NCBI GenBank assembly: GCA_016714815.1
Contig: JADKBZ010000016.1
Span: 116,609 to 180,608 of the forward strand
DNA length: 64,000 nucleotides
DNA from: Holophagales bacterium
Lineage (GTDB): Bacteria > Acidobacteriota > Thermoanaerobaculia > UBA5066
Direction: 5' to 3'
The notes under the pieces are model-generated. The model had not been told where the DNA came from. It worked only from the letters and a program-made list of their open reading frames with translations, and made no database searches. This document shows positions 45,917-54,996 of this stretch, one piece after another (the first letter of the stretch is position 1; each line of letters starts with the position of its first letter). The position numbers were made by a program, and so were the translations under genes.

Positions 45917-47116
45917 GGAGGGGCGCCGCCGGAGGCGGCGGCGCCTACCCCTTCTCCGCCGGTGCCTACCCCTTCTCTTCCGGCGCCCCGAGCCGCGCGA
46001 CGACCTTCGCCAGGTCGACGCCGAAGGCGGTCTTGACCTGCTCGACGAGCTGGATCCCCTGCGTCACGCGCGCGTCCGCCGGGAGGTAGGAGATCCGGTC
46101 GACCCTGACGCTCTGGATCGTCTCGACGAGAGACGACATGACGGTCTGGAGCTTCTGCATCAGGAAGATGTCGCGGGCGTTGGGGCCGGCGGCCTTCCAG
46201 GTTTCGATCATCTGCGTCAGGACGGCGGCGGTCGCGCGGCCGTCCTCGACGATCTTGGCGGCCTTGCCGCGCGCCTCGGCCTGCCTCTTCTCCATGTCGG
46301 CGCGGGCGGGGGCGACGACGTCGGCGTCGAGCTGGAGGCGGACCTGCTCGATGCGCGCCTGCTGGACCTTCAGCTCGGCCTCGGCCTTGGCGATGGCGGT
46401 GGTGACCTTTCCGACCGCTTCGGCGACCATCGCCTCGCGGCCGGTCTCGCACTGCATGATCCGCTTGTCGGCTTCGGCGCGGGCGATCGCGCCGTCGGCG
46501 TCGATCAGGGCGAGGCGCGACGCGAGGCCGTTCTCGGCTTCCCGCATGGTGGCCTCGGCGTGGGCCTGCGCCTCGGCGATCCGGGCGCTCTTGTCGAGGG
46601 CGGCCGACTGCTTGCGGCCGAGGGAGTTGAGGTAGCCGACGTCGTCGGAGACGTTCTGGACCTTCAGGACGTCGAGCGTCAGGCCGAGGCGGGAGAGGTC
46701 GTGCTCGGCCTCCTCGAGGAGCTTCTCGGCGAAGCGGAGCTTGTCCTGGTTGACCTCCTCGGGGGTGAGCTGGGAGAGAACGCCGCGGAGGTTGCCTTCG
46801 AGGGTGTCCTTGGCGACCTGGATGATCTGCGGGCGGCCTTTGCCGAGGAGGCGCTCGAGGGCGTTGTTGAGGAGCGGCTGGTGGCCGGCGACCTTGAGGT
46901 TGGCGACGCCGGCGACGGTGAGCGGGATGCCTCCCTTGGAGTAGGCGTTGCTCACGGCGACGTCGACGGTCATGTTGGTGATGTCCATCCGGTCGACGCG
47001 CTCCAGGAGCGGAGTACGCAGGGAGCTGCCCCCCTTGACGATCCGGTAGCCGACGGCGCGGCCGTCGACGGTCGACTTGCCGCCGGAGAAGACGAGGACC
47101 TCGTTCGGGCTGCAGA
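45917..47116. repeat. right copy of the ~1.2-kb flotillin direct repeat
   Basis: See 40571-41758. The 3' flank of this copy (45917-45960) also carries a ~35-bp remnant resembling the extreme pfa3 tail. Confidence 0.85.
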
Positions 47117-47213
47117 TGTGGAAGAGGCGCTTGACGACGAAGAGCGCCGCCACGCCGAAAAAGAGGACGACGCCGATGGCGACGCCGACGACGGAACCGA
47201 GATCGCCGATCAT
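45966..47213 (-). CDS. flotillin family (SPFH/band-7, YqiK-like) protein, full length
   Basis: N-terminal TM anchor, an SPFH domain and a long Ala/Glu-rich coiled-coil (AEAQAHAEATMREAENGLASRLALIDADGAIARAEAD...). Confidence 0.9.
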   Translation of the reverse strand: MIGDLGSVVGVAIGVVLFFGVAALFVVKRLFHICSPNEVLVFSGGKSTVDGRAVGYRIVKGGSSLRTPLLERVDRMDITNMTVDVAVSNAYSKGGIPLTVAGVANLKVAGHQPLLNNALERLLGKGRPQIIQVAKDTLEGNLRGVLSQLTPEEVNQDKLRFAEKLLEEAEHDLSRLGLTLDVLKVQNVSDDVGYLNSLGRKQSAALDKSARIAEAQAHAEATMREAENGLASRLALIDADGAIARAEADKRIMQCETGREAMVAEAVGKVTTAIAKAEAELKVQQARIEQVRLQLDADVVAPARADMEKRQAEARGKAAKIVEDGRATAAVLTQMIETWKAAGPNARDIFLMQKLQTVMSSLVETIQSVRVDRISYLPADARVTQGIQLVEQVKTAFGVDLAKVVARLGAPEEKG

Positions 47214-48484
47214 CGCGCCACCTCCGGCCGGACCGGCGAGAGGAGCGCGACGACGTCGACCCCCGTCGTCCGGCTCACCTCGGCCAGGACGCTGCGCACC
47301 GCCGCCGGGTAGGAAGCGACGTACGTCGCGAGAGCCGAGCCGTCGCCGTTGTCGAGGAGGTGGGTCTCGCCGATCTCCATCGCCTTCACCCGCTCGACGA
47401 CCGTCCGGAGGATCTGCTCGAGGTTGTGGATCAGGAAGATGTCCTTCGCGTCGGGACCGGCGCTCGCCCAGGCCGCGGTCATCAGCTTCAGCACCTCGGC
47501 GAGGGCCCAGCCGTTCTCCTCGATCGTCGCGGCGTCCCCGCGTGCCGCGAGCGCGGCCGCCTGCTGCGCGGCCTGCGCGGGGAGGACCATCTCGGCCTGC
47601 AGGCGCGTCTCTTCCAGCGTCTTTCGGATGGCCTGGAGCTTCTGCTCGGCCTCGGCGCGGGCCTGGAGGGCCGCCTGGATGGCCGTCTCCTCGGCGGCCT
47701 TCGCCTTCGCCTCGAGCTGCGCCTTCAGGGTCTTCAGCTCGTTCTCCTTCTGGGCGATGGTCGTTCCCGCCTGCTGGTTGGCGACCTCGCCGGCGCGCCG
47801 CGACGCGGCCTCTCCCTGCGAGGCTTCAGACCGGGCGAGGGATTCGGCCATCTCCGCGTCGCGCAGGACCATGGCGATCCGCGCGCGGCCGATGGAGGCG
47901 AGGTAGTTCGCCTCGTCGGAGACGTTCTGGATCTTCAGCGTGTCGAGCGTGAGCCCGAGCTTGCGGAAGTCCCCCTCGGCTTCGTCGACGAGGCCGGTGG
48001 CGAACTTGAGGCGGTCCTCGTTGACCTCCTCGGGGGTGAGGTTCGCGAGGACGCCGCGCAGGTGTCCCTCGAGGCTCTCCTTGGCGACTCGGGCGATCTC
48101 CGCCGGATCGCGGCCGAGGAAGCGCTCGATGGCGTTCCCGACGACCTTCGGGTCGGAGGCGATCTTCACGTTCGCGATGGCGTGGACCTTCAGCGGAATG
48201 CCGCCCTTCGAGTAGGCGTTCGACACCTTCAGGTCGATCGGGATCGACAGGAGGCTCATCCGGTCGACCTGCTCGAGGAGCGGGATTCGCACGGACCGGC
48301 CTCCCAGGACGACGCGGTAGCCCACCTGGCTTCCGTCGGCGAGCTTGCGCTTGCGGCCGGAGAAGATGACGACCTGGTTCGGCGGGCAGATGACGACGAT
48401 CGAGCGGGCGAGGGCCGAGAGGATGCCGAGCGCCACGGCGCCTGCAATGACCCCGGCCCCGATACCGGCGAGAGAGTCGAGCAC
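47210..48484 (-). CDS. second, divergent flotillin-family (SPFH) protein
   Basis: N-terminal TM helix, an SPFH domain and a coiled-coil region, about 40% identical to the downstream flotillin. A 4-bp start/stop overlap links it to the same operon. Confidence 0.85.
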   Translation of the reverse strand: MLDSLAGIGAGVIAGAVALGILSALARSIVVICPPNQVVIFSGRKRKLADGSQVGYRVVLGGRSVRIPLLEQVDRMSLLSIPIDLKVSNAYSKGGIPLKVHAIANVKIASDPKVVGNAIERFLGRDPAEIARVAKESLEGHLRGVLANLTPEEVNEDRLKFATGLVDEAEGDFRKLGLTLDTLKIQNVSDEANYLASIGRARIAMVLRDAEMAESLARSEASQGEAASRRAGEVANQQAGTTIAQKENELKTLKAQLEAKAKAAEETAIQAALQARAEAEQKLQAIRKTLEETRLQAEMVLPAQAAQQAAALAARGDAATIEENGWALAEVLKLMTAAWASAGPDAKDIFLIHNLEQILRTVVERVKAMEIGETHLLDNGDGSALATYVASYPAAVRSVLAEVSRTTGVDVVALLSPVRPEVAR

Positions 48485-48513
48485 GAATTACCTCCAGCGA
48501 CAGACGGTGTGGG

Positions 48514-49062
48514 CTATTCCTTCCAGGGAGCGGGCTCGACCTCGGCAATCCCTTCCCGGAAGCGGACGACGACGACGCGTTCGCGGATCTCGATGGGGAC
48601 CCCTCCCGTGCGGGCCGGGACCTCGACGTCCTGGTCGCCGACGTGGAGGCGGATCTTGCCGAGGCCGTCGGGAAGGAGAGGAAGGACGACTTCCCCTTCC
48701 GAGCCGAGGAAGGCCTCCGTCGAGGCCGGGCCGGTCGCCGAGCCGCTCCCGAGGGAGCGGAAGAGGGCCGCCACGCCCCCTCCGACGACGAAGCCGAGGA
48801 CGATGGCGGCCGGGACGTGGAGACCGGCGCTGACCCCGAGGAGGGAAAGGGCGGTGCCGGCCATGCCGAAGGCGCCGAGAGCGTAGGTCCAGAAACGGAG
48901 TGAGAGGAGGTTGGTGAGAAAGGCGCCGTGGTCGGCGTCGCCGTGTCCGGCCCCGTGGTCGTCGCCCGTTCCCGTGTCGTGCCCGCCGCCGTCTCCCTGG
49001 AAGACGGACGCGCCGATGAGGACGAGGCCGAAGGCCAGCGCCGCGAGGTAGACGGTCAGCAT
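48514..49062 (-). CDS. NfeD/YqiJ-like membrane protein, first gene of the nfeD-floT-floT operon
   Basis: Two TM helices with a His/Asp/Gly-rich loop, then a C-terminal OB-fold-like soluble domain (EGEVVLPLLPDGLGKIRLHVGDQDVEVPART). Confidence 0.7.
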   Translation of the reverse strand: MLTVYLAALAFGLVLIGASVFQGDGGGHDTGTGDDHGAGHGDADHGAFLTNLLSLRFWTYALGAFGMAGTALSLLGVSAGLHVPAAIVLGFVVGGGVAALFRSLGSGSATGPASTEAFLGSEGEVVLPLLPDGLGKIRLHVGDQDVEVPARTGGVPIEIRERVVVVRFREGIAEVEPAPWKE

Positions 49063-49177
49063 GGTGGGGACAATTTACACCGTGCGGGGCGCGGTGGGGG
49101 CTGCAAGGAGACCACCCGGCCCGTGGACCCGGCTTCCCGGGCTGCCTCGTTTTCGGGAGGTGGCACTAAACTCCAGC

Positions 49178-50827
49178 GCCGTGAGTGGAGACGTGGATCG
49201 CGTCCGGAAGGAGCTGGAGGTCGGCGAGGCCTCCGCGACGGCCTCCCTCCTCGACCCCCACGCGATCCTCGAGTCGATTCCCGAGCCGGTCGGCCTCGTC
49301 GACAGGCAGGGGCGCATCCTCGCGTTCAACGGCGCCGCGCGACGGGTCGTCCACGCCGCGGCGCCGACCAAGGTCGTGGCGCTCGGAGACGACTTCTACA
49401 CCTTCATCTCGCCTCACAACCACCCGGGGGTGAGGGAGAGCCTCGAGCGGGCGTTCGCCGGCGAGGCGAACACCCACAGGACGGAGGCGGGGGGGTATCA
49501 CTTCGAGACGGTCTACTCGCCCGTTCGCGGCCCGGACGGCTCGGTGGTCGCGGTCTCGACGCGAGTGGCCGACGTCACCGCCCGCGAGAACGCCCTGGCC
49601 GAGCTCGCCGCCCTGAACGCGTCCCTCGAGGAGAGGGTCGCCGAGCGCTCGGTCGAGCTCGAGCGGGTGAACGCGGAGCTGGAAAGGGCGGCGCGCGCCA
49701 AGGACGCCTTCCTCGCGAGCATGAGCCACGAGCTCAGGACGCCCCTCACGGGGATCCTCGGGGCCGCCGAGCTGCTCCGGGAGGGGGCCCACGGGCCCCT
49801 CAACGACCGCCAGCTCCGGAGCCTCGGATTCCTCGAGGAGGCGGGGCGGCACCTCCTCTCGCTCCTCTCCGACATCCTCGACCTCGCCCGGATCGGCGCC
49901 GAGAGGCTTTCGCTCTCCCTGGACTCCTGCTCCCTCGGCGAGGTCTGCGAGTCGGCGCTCGGCATCGTGCGCGAAGAGGCGAGGCGGAAGGGGATCGCCC
50001 TGGGTTTCCGGGGGCCGGCCGTGCCGGTCCGGTTCGTCGGGGACGCCCGCCGGGTCTGCCAGATCCTCGTCAACCTCCTCTCCAACGCGGTCAAGTTCAC
50101 GCCGCCGGGCGGCTCCGTGGAGCTCTCGGCGTCGGGCGACGAGGAAACGGGGGAGGTTCTCCTCGAGGTCCGCGACACGGGGCCGGGAATCGCGTCCGAG
50201 GACATCCCGAAGCTCTTTCTCCCGTTCACGCAGCTCGACACGAGGCTCGCCCGCGAGCACGCCGGCACGGGGCTCGGCCTCGCCCTCGTCCGGAGCCTCT
50301 CCGAGCTGCACGGCGGCCGGGCGGGCGTCGAGAGCGAGCCCGGAAGGGGAAGCCGGTTCCGCGTGACCCTGCCGTGGCGCCGGCCGGAGCCGCGAGGCGG
50401 CGGAGCCGGCGAGGTCGCGCGCGCGGACCCCGAGCCGGCGGCGCCCCGCGAGACCAGGCCCCGGATCCTCCTCGTCGAGGACGACGACGCGAACCGGACG
50501 ATCCTCGGGGAGTTCTTCCGGATGCGTGGCTTCTCCGTCGAGGAGGCCGCGAGCGGGCCCGAGGCGCTCTCGCTGGCGTCGTCGTCCCCGCACGACCTCA
50601 TCGTCCTCGACATCCAGCTCCCCGGCATGGACGGCCTGGAGGTCCTCGCCCGGCTCCGGGCCACGGGACGGGCGATTCCCCCGGTCCTCGCCCTCACCGC
50701 CCTCGCGATGGAAGGGGACCGGGAGCGGATCCTCGCCGCGGGTGCGGACGCCTACCTCTCCAAGCCCGCACCCCTCGCCGTCCTCGGGAAAGAGATCGAC
50801 CGGCTGCTGACGACCAGGCGGGGCTGA
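49178..50827 (+). CDS. hybrid sensor histidine kinase/response regulator (PAS, HisKA, HATPase_c, REC)
   Basis: H-box SMSHELRTPLTGILGAAELL, N/G boxes (LVNLLSNAVKFT, DTGPGI, GTGLGLAL), and a C-terminal receiver (ILLVEDDDANR...LDIQLPGMDG...ALTALA...KP). The ORF opens at 49061, but that overlaps the nfeD start, so the GTG at 49178 is preferred. Confidence 0.8.
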   Translation, partial: AVSGDVDRVRKELEVGEASATASLLDPHAILESIPEPVGLVDRQGRILAFNGAARRVVHAAAPTKVVALGDDFYTFISPHNHPGVRESLERAFAGEANTHRTEAGGYHFETVYSPVRGPDGSVVAVSTRVADVTARENALAELAALNASLEERVAERSVELERVNAELERAARAKDAFLASMSHELRTPLTGILGAAELLREGAHGPLNDRQLRSLGFLEEAGRHLLSLLSDILDLARIGAERLSLSLDSCSLGEVCESALGIVREEARRKGIALGFRGPAVPVRFVGDARRVCQILVNLLSNAVKFTPPGGSVELSASGDEETGEVLLEVRDTGPGIASEDIPKLFLPFTQLDTRLAREHAGTGLGLALVRSLSELHGGRAGVESEPGRGSRFRVTLPWRRPEPRGGGAGEVARADPEPAAPRETRPRILLVEDDDANRTILGEFFRMRGFSVEEAASGPEALSLASSSPHDLIVLDIQLPGMDGLEVLARLRATGRAIPPVLALTALAMEGDRERILAAGADAYLSKPAPLAVLGKEIDRLLTTRRG

Positions 50828-50859
50828 GGCCCGCCGGCCGCCGGGGAGAAAGGGTGGAG

Positions 50860-51975
50860 ATGAAGACGACGCTGGTTCCCTTCGCGCTCCTCGTCTCCCT
50901 GGCGCAGGGCGCGACCGTCGTGCCGCCGAGCCTCGAAGAGGTCCGGAAGGAGATGGCGATCCCGTCTGCCGGAGAGATCCGCGGCCAGCTCGACGGGGTC
51001 GGCTTCGCCACGACCGCCGGGCAGATGAAGAAGGTCTTCGAGCTCTCCGCGGCTCCTCCGTCGCCCGGGCGGCTCGGCGAGGCCCCGCCGCCGGGCGTGG
51101 CCGGGGCGATCTGCCCGCACGACGACTACCTCTACGCCGGGCGGGTCTACCGTGGCGTCCTGCCGCTGGTGACGGCGAAGACGGTCGTCGTCGTCGGAGT
51201 CTTCCACCGCTTTCGGAAGTTCGACGCGAAGGAGGTCCTCGTCTTCGACACCTACCGGGCGTGGCGCGCGCCCGACGGCGAGGTCCCGGTCTCGGCCCTT
51301 CGCGGGGAGATTCTCGCGCGCCTCCCGAAGGGGGATGCGATCGCCGACGCGGCGATGCACGACTCCGAGCACTCGGTCGAGGCGCTCGTCCACTGGCTGA
51401 AGCACCTCCGGAAGGACGTCGAGATCGTCCCGGTGATCGTCCCGTCGATGGGGTGGGAGCGGCTCTCCGGGCTCGGCGAGCACCTCGGCGCGGCGATCGC
51501 GGAAGCGGCGAAGGCGCGGGGACTCGTCCTCGGCCGGGACCTCGCGATCGTCGTCTCGTCCGACGCGGTCCACTACGGGCCCGACTTCAGGCACGTGCCG
51601 TTCGGGGACGGCGGGATCGACGCCTATGCGAAGGCGACGGCACGGGACGAGGGGATGCTCCGTGCCCTCGGCGGACCTCTCGAGTCCGCGAAGGCCCGGG
51701 CGTTCCTCGAGACGTGCGTCGACCCGGCCAGCCCCTCGGACTATCGCGTCACCTGGTGCGGCCGCTACTCGATTCCCCTCGGCCTCGTGGCGCTCGCGCG
51801 GCTCGGGCGCGATCTCGGGACTCCGCTCGAGGTACGGCCGCTCGCGTACGCGACGTCGGTCGGCGCGCCCGAGCTCCCGGTTCGCGGCGACGGCCTCGGC
51901 GAGACCGCGCCTGCGAACCTCTACCACTTCGTCGGATACCCCTCTCTGGCGGTCGTCGGATCCGCGCCAGAATAG
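50860..51975 (+). CDS. MEMO1-family protein (AmmeMemoRadiSam system protein B-like) with an apparent signal peptide
   Basis: ICPHDDYLYAG...AMHDSEHSVEALVHWLKH...SSDAVHYGPDF matches the Memo-like His-rich site. The N-terminus MKTTLVPFALLVSLAQGATVVP looks like a signal peptide. Confidence 0.7.
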   Translation: MKTTLVPFALLVSLAQGATVVPPSLEEVRKEMAIPSAGEIRGQLDGVGFATTAGQMKKVFELSAAPPSPGRLGEAPPPGVAGAICPHDDYLYAGRVYRGVLPLVTAKTVVVVGVFHRFRKFDAKEVLVFDTYRAWRAPDGEVPVSALRGEILARLPKGDAIADAAMHDSEHSVEALVHWLKHLRKDVEIVPVIVPSMGWERLSGLGEHLGAAIAEAAKARGLVLGRDLAIVVSSDAVHYGPDFRHVPFGDGGIDAYAKATARDEGMLRALGGPLESAKARAFLETCVDPASPSDYRVTWCGRYSIPLGLVALARLGRDLGTPLEVRPLAYATSVGAPELPVRGDGLGETAPANLYHFVGYPSLAVVGSAPE

Positions 51976-51979
51976 AAAA

Positions 51980-52834
51980 TCAAGACCTGACCCCGGGGCC
52001 CGCGAAGGCGTCCGCCACGAGGTCGGTGAAGTAGCGGACGGGGATCGCGAATTTCGTCCGGTATCTCCGGTTGACCGAGCTCTGCCCGGTTCCGAGGTTG
52101 CGAAGGCAGCCGGGGCAGACGGTGGCGATCACGTCGGCCCCCTGGTCGGCGGCGCTTCGGAGGATCCGGTGCTGGAGCGAGGTGGCGACCTCCTCGCTCG
52201 CCGTCGCGGCGCGGCCGCCGCAGCAGTGGGCCTTGAGCGGAAGGTCGACGACCTCGGCGCCGAGCGCCGAGAGGATCTCCTCGAGCCGGCCGGGAGGGCC
52301 CGGGGTTTCCCGGAGCGGTCCGGAGAGCCAGAGGGGGCCGTCGAGACATCCGTAGTAGGGGGCGACGCGCAGGTGCCCGAGAGGGCGGGTCACGCGCTGG
52401 CGGATCGCTCCGGCCCCGGCGTCCTCGTAGAGGACGTCGAGGAGGTGGCGGACGCGCACCGATCCGGGGGCGGGCAGGGAGAGACCCGTGGCGGCGAGTT
52501 CCTCGGCCACCCTGTCCCGCAGGTCGGCGTGCGTCTCGAGGGAGGCGCTCGCGCGCGAGAGGTTCAGGAAGCAGTCGCTGCACGGCGTGACGACGGAAGG
52601 CGGGACGGCGGTGTCGTCCTGCGCCGAGAGCTGGCGGGCCGCGAGAGTCAGCAGCCGCCCCACCCGGGCGTAGGCCGGGATGGCGTTCATCGCGAGGCCC
52701 TCGGTGCCGCAGCCACCGGGCTCGTCGATCTCCTCGAGCGTCAGGCCGAGGGTGCGCGCGACCGCCAGAACGGCGGCCTCGCCCGAACCGCTGCCGGGCA
52801 GCCGCCAGCAGCCCGGGTCGTAGCCGTATCGCAC
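51980..52834 (-). CDS. HdrB-like (CCG-domain) cysteine-rich iron-sulfur protein
   Basis: Two CCG-type motifs (YGYDPGCW...EPGGCGTEG and PYYGCLDGP...KAHCCGGRAA...VCPGCLRNL). GTG start at 52834. The upstream 1 kb of the 635-aa ORF is antisense to the kinase gene. Confidence 0.6.
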   Translation of the reverse strand: MRYGYDPGCWRLPGSGSGEAAVLAVARTLGLTLEEIDEPGGCGTEGLAMNAIPAYARVGRLLTLAARQLSAQDDTAVPPSVVTPCSDCFLNLSRASASLETHADLRDRVAEELAATGLSLPAPGSVRVRHLLDVLYEDAGAGAIRQRVTRPLGHLRVAPYYGCLDGPLWLSGPLRETPGPPGRLEEILSALGAEVVDLPLKAHCCGGRAATASEEVATSLQHRILRSAADQGADVIATVCPGCLRNLGTGQSSVNRRYRTKFAIPVRYFTDLVADAFAGPGVRS

Positions 52835-53044
52835 TTTCCCTGAAAGCTCTCCTCGCTCGCCGATGATTCGCCGCCGGCGCGAATCGTTCCATGATCCGCA
52901 CGCATCATTTCGGCTCCTCGTTCCGTGTCGCCGGGCGGGACGGGGGCGGCGCGAAGGCCGAAAGCTATACTGAAGCCCGGTTTCCCGACGGGAAGAAGAC
53001 GACGGGCCGGGCGTTGTTCTCGCCGGGCGATCCGGGAGGCGTAC

Positions 53045-53893
53045 GTGGCGGTTCTGGGGACGGGAACGCTCCTCGGCCGATACCAGCTCGAAGAGCGGAT
53101 CGGGGCGGGAGGGATGGCGGAGGTCTGGCGCGCGCTCGACCTCGGCCTCGAGAGACACGTCGCCGTGAAGGTGATGTCGATCGACGCCGGCTCGACGGAC
53201 GCCTCCTTCGTCTCCCGCTTCCTCAGGGAGGCGAAGCTCTCGGCGCGCCTCGAGCACCCCCACATCCTCCCGATCTACGACTTCGGCCAGGTGGACGAGC
53301 TCCTCTTCCTCGTCATGCCGCTCCTGCCCGGCGGGACTCTCCGGGACCGGGCGCGGGGCGGCGTTTCGGGGATCCTCGCGATGGAGTGGCTCCGGGCGCT
53401 CGCCTCCGCCCTCGACCACGCGCACGCCGAGGGGATCGTCCACCGCGACGTCAAGCCGGCCAACGTCCTCTTCGACAAGACGGGGCGCCTCTTTCTCGCC
53501 GACTTCGGCCTCGCCCGGGAGGCGCGGAGCGAGAACCTCACGGTGGCCGGGACGGTTCTCGGAACGCCCGTCTACATGTCCCCCGAGCAGGTGCGGGGCG
53601 ATCAGGCCGGACCGCGTTCCGACCAGTACGCCCTCGGCGTCCTCGCCTACTACCTGCTGGCGGGGACCCCGCCGTTCGAGGCGAACTCGGTCTTCGTCGT
53701 CATGGAGAAGACCCTGCGCGAGGAGCCGGCGCTCCCGTCCGCGATGAACCCCGTCCTCCACCGCTCGGTCGACTACGTCCTCCTGAAGGTCCTCGAGAAG
53801 CGGCCCACGGAGCGGTTCGAATCGTGCGGAGCCTTCGTCGAAGCGCTCGAGCGCGCCTCGCGGCGCGGGACCGACCCGGGCGGGCACCCGTAG
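53045..53893 (+). CDS. minimal Hanks-type Ser/Thr protein kinase (kinase domain only)
   Basis: Gly-loop IGAGGMAEVW, VAVK, HRDVKPANVLF, DFGLA and GTPVYMSPE. GTG start at 53045; the ORF opens at 52925. Confidence 0.8.
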   Translation: MAVLGTGTLLGRYQLEERIGAGGMAEVWRALDLGLERHVAVKVMSIDAGSTDASFVSRFLREAKLSARLEHPHILPIYDFGQVDELLFLVMPLLPGGTLRDRARGGVSGILAMEWLRALASALDHAHAEGIVHRDVKPANVLFDKTGRLFLADFGLAREARSENLTVAGTVLGTPVYMSPEQVRGDQAGPRSDQYALGVLAYYLLAGTPPFEANSVFVVMEKTLREEPALPSAMNPVLHRSVDYVLLKVLEKRPTERFESCGAFVEALERASRRGTDPGGHP

Positions 53894-53998
53894 ACCCTCG
53901 CGCAGGCGATCCCCCGAACCGCTCTCGGAGCGCTCGAGTGGAGGGGAAGCGCCGTCAGGCGCCGCGGGGAGGCTCGTGGCGAGCCTCCCCGATCCATT

Positions 53999-54436
53999 TC
54001 AGCTTCGACCGTAGATGTACCCGGTCAGGTACTCGACCTGCTGGTGATCGGCGTCGGCGCGGAACGCGTTGAGGTCGCCGATCGAGAGAACGCCGAGAAG
54101 GCCATGGTCCCCGGCGACGGGAACGTGGCGGATCCGGTGCTCCTTCAGGATCGTCTCGATCTCGTCGATCTCCCGATCGGGGCGGACGACGATGACGTCG
54201 ACCGTCATCACGTCTCGTACGGCGGTCGTCGCGGCATCCTTCCCCTGGGCCACGACGCGCCAGAGGACGTCGCGCTCGGTGAAGATGCCCTTGAGGGTTT
54301 CTCCCTCCGCGACGACGAGCGAGCCGATGCCGTGGTCATACATGAGGCGGGCGGCGTCCTTCACTGTGGCGTCCGGCGAGACGGTGATCACGCCGCCGGA
54401 CTTCTTCTGGGAGAGGAGGTCTCGTGCGGTCGGCAT
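53999..54436 (-). CDS. CBS-pair domain protein
   Basis: Two CBS motifs (VITVSPDATVKDAARLMYDHGIGSLVV and VMTVDVIVVRPDREIDEIETILKEHRIRHVPV). Confidence 0.85.
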   Translation of the reverse strand: MPTARDLLSQKKSGGVITVSPDATVKDAARLMYDHGIGSLVVAEGETLKGIFTERDVLWRVVAQGKDAATTAVRDVMTVDVIVVRPDREIDEIETILKEHRIRHVPVAGDHGLLGVLSIGDLNAFRADADHQQVEYLTGYIYGRS

Positions 54437-54513
54437 GGGGCCCTTCTATACGGCCCGGTGCCGCCGCGTCAACGCTGTGGCGCAGCGAAAGCCGCTTGCT
54501 ATCCTGCCCGGCG

Positions 54514-54996
54514 ATGCCCGACGCCGCTCTCTGGATCCTCGCCCTCCTCCTCGTCCTCGCCGGGATCGCGGGGGCGGTCCTCCCGGTAATCCCGGGCGCC
54601 CCGCTCGTCTTCGGGGGCCTCCTCCTCGCGGCGTTCGTCGACCATTTCGAGAAGGTGGGGTGGTTCCCGCTCGTCGTGATCGGGTTCCTGATGGTCCTCA
54701 CGTTCGTCGTCGACGTCGTGGCGACGGCGCTCGGCGCGAAGAAGGCCGGGGCGAGCCCGCTCGCCCTCGTGGGCGCGGGCGTCGGGACGGTCGCCGGCCT
54801 CTTCTTCGGCTTCGTCGGGGTGATCGTGGGGCCGTTCGTGGGGGCGGCGCTCGGGGAGTACGCCGCCCGCAGGGACCTGCGTCAGGCGGGGCGCGCCGGA
54901 TTCGGGACGTGGATCGGCATCCTCCTCGGGAGCGCGGCGAAGATCGCCCTGATGCTCGGAATGGTCGGCGTCTTCGCCGTGGCGTGGGTCTTCTGA
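54514..54996 (+). CDS. DUF456 family membrane protein
   Basis: Four TM helices with a Gly-rich DUF456-like pattern. ATG at 54514. Confidence 0.65.
   Translation: MPDAALWILALLLVLAGIAGAVLPVIPGAPLVFGGLLLAAFVDHFEKVGWFPLVVIGFLMVLTFVVDVVATALGAKKAGASPLALVGAGVGTVAGLFFGFVGVIVGPFVGAALGEYAARRDLRQAGRAGFGTWIGILLGSAAKIALMLGMVGVFAVAWVF

Noticed and set aside
48928-51975. 1015-aa plus-strand ORF spanning the nfeD start, the whole histidine-kinase gene and the Memo gene
   Set aside because: It is a frame-shadow of the hybrid kinase gene (which is in a different frame). Only the last 371 codons (Memo-like, from the ATG at 50860) carry a real motif.
51980-53887. 635-aa minus-strand ORF
   Set aside because: Only the 3' ~285 codons (HdrB-like CCG protein) look genuine. 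The 5' two-thirds are antisense to the Ser/Thr kinase gene and are low-complexity.
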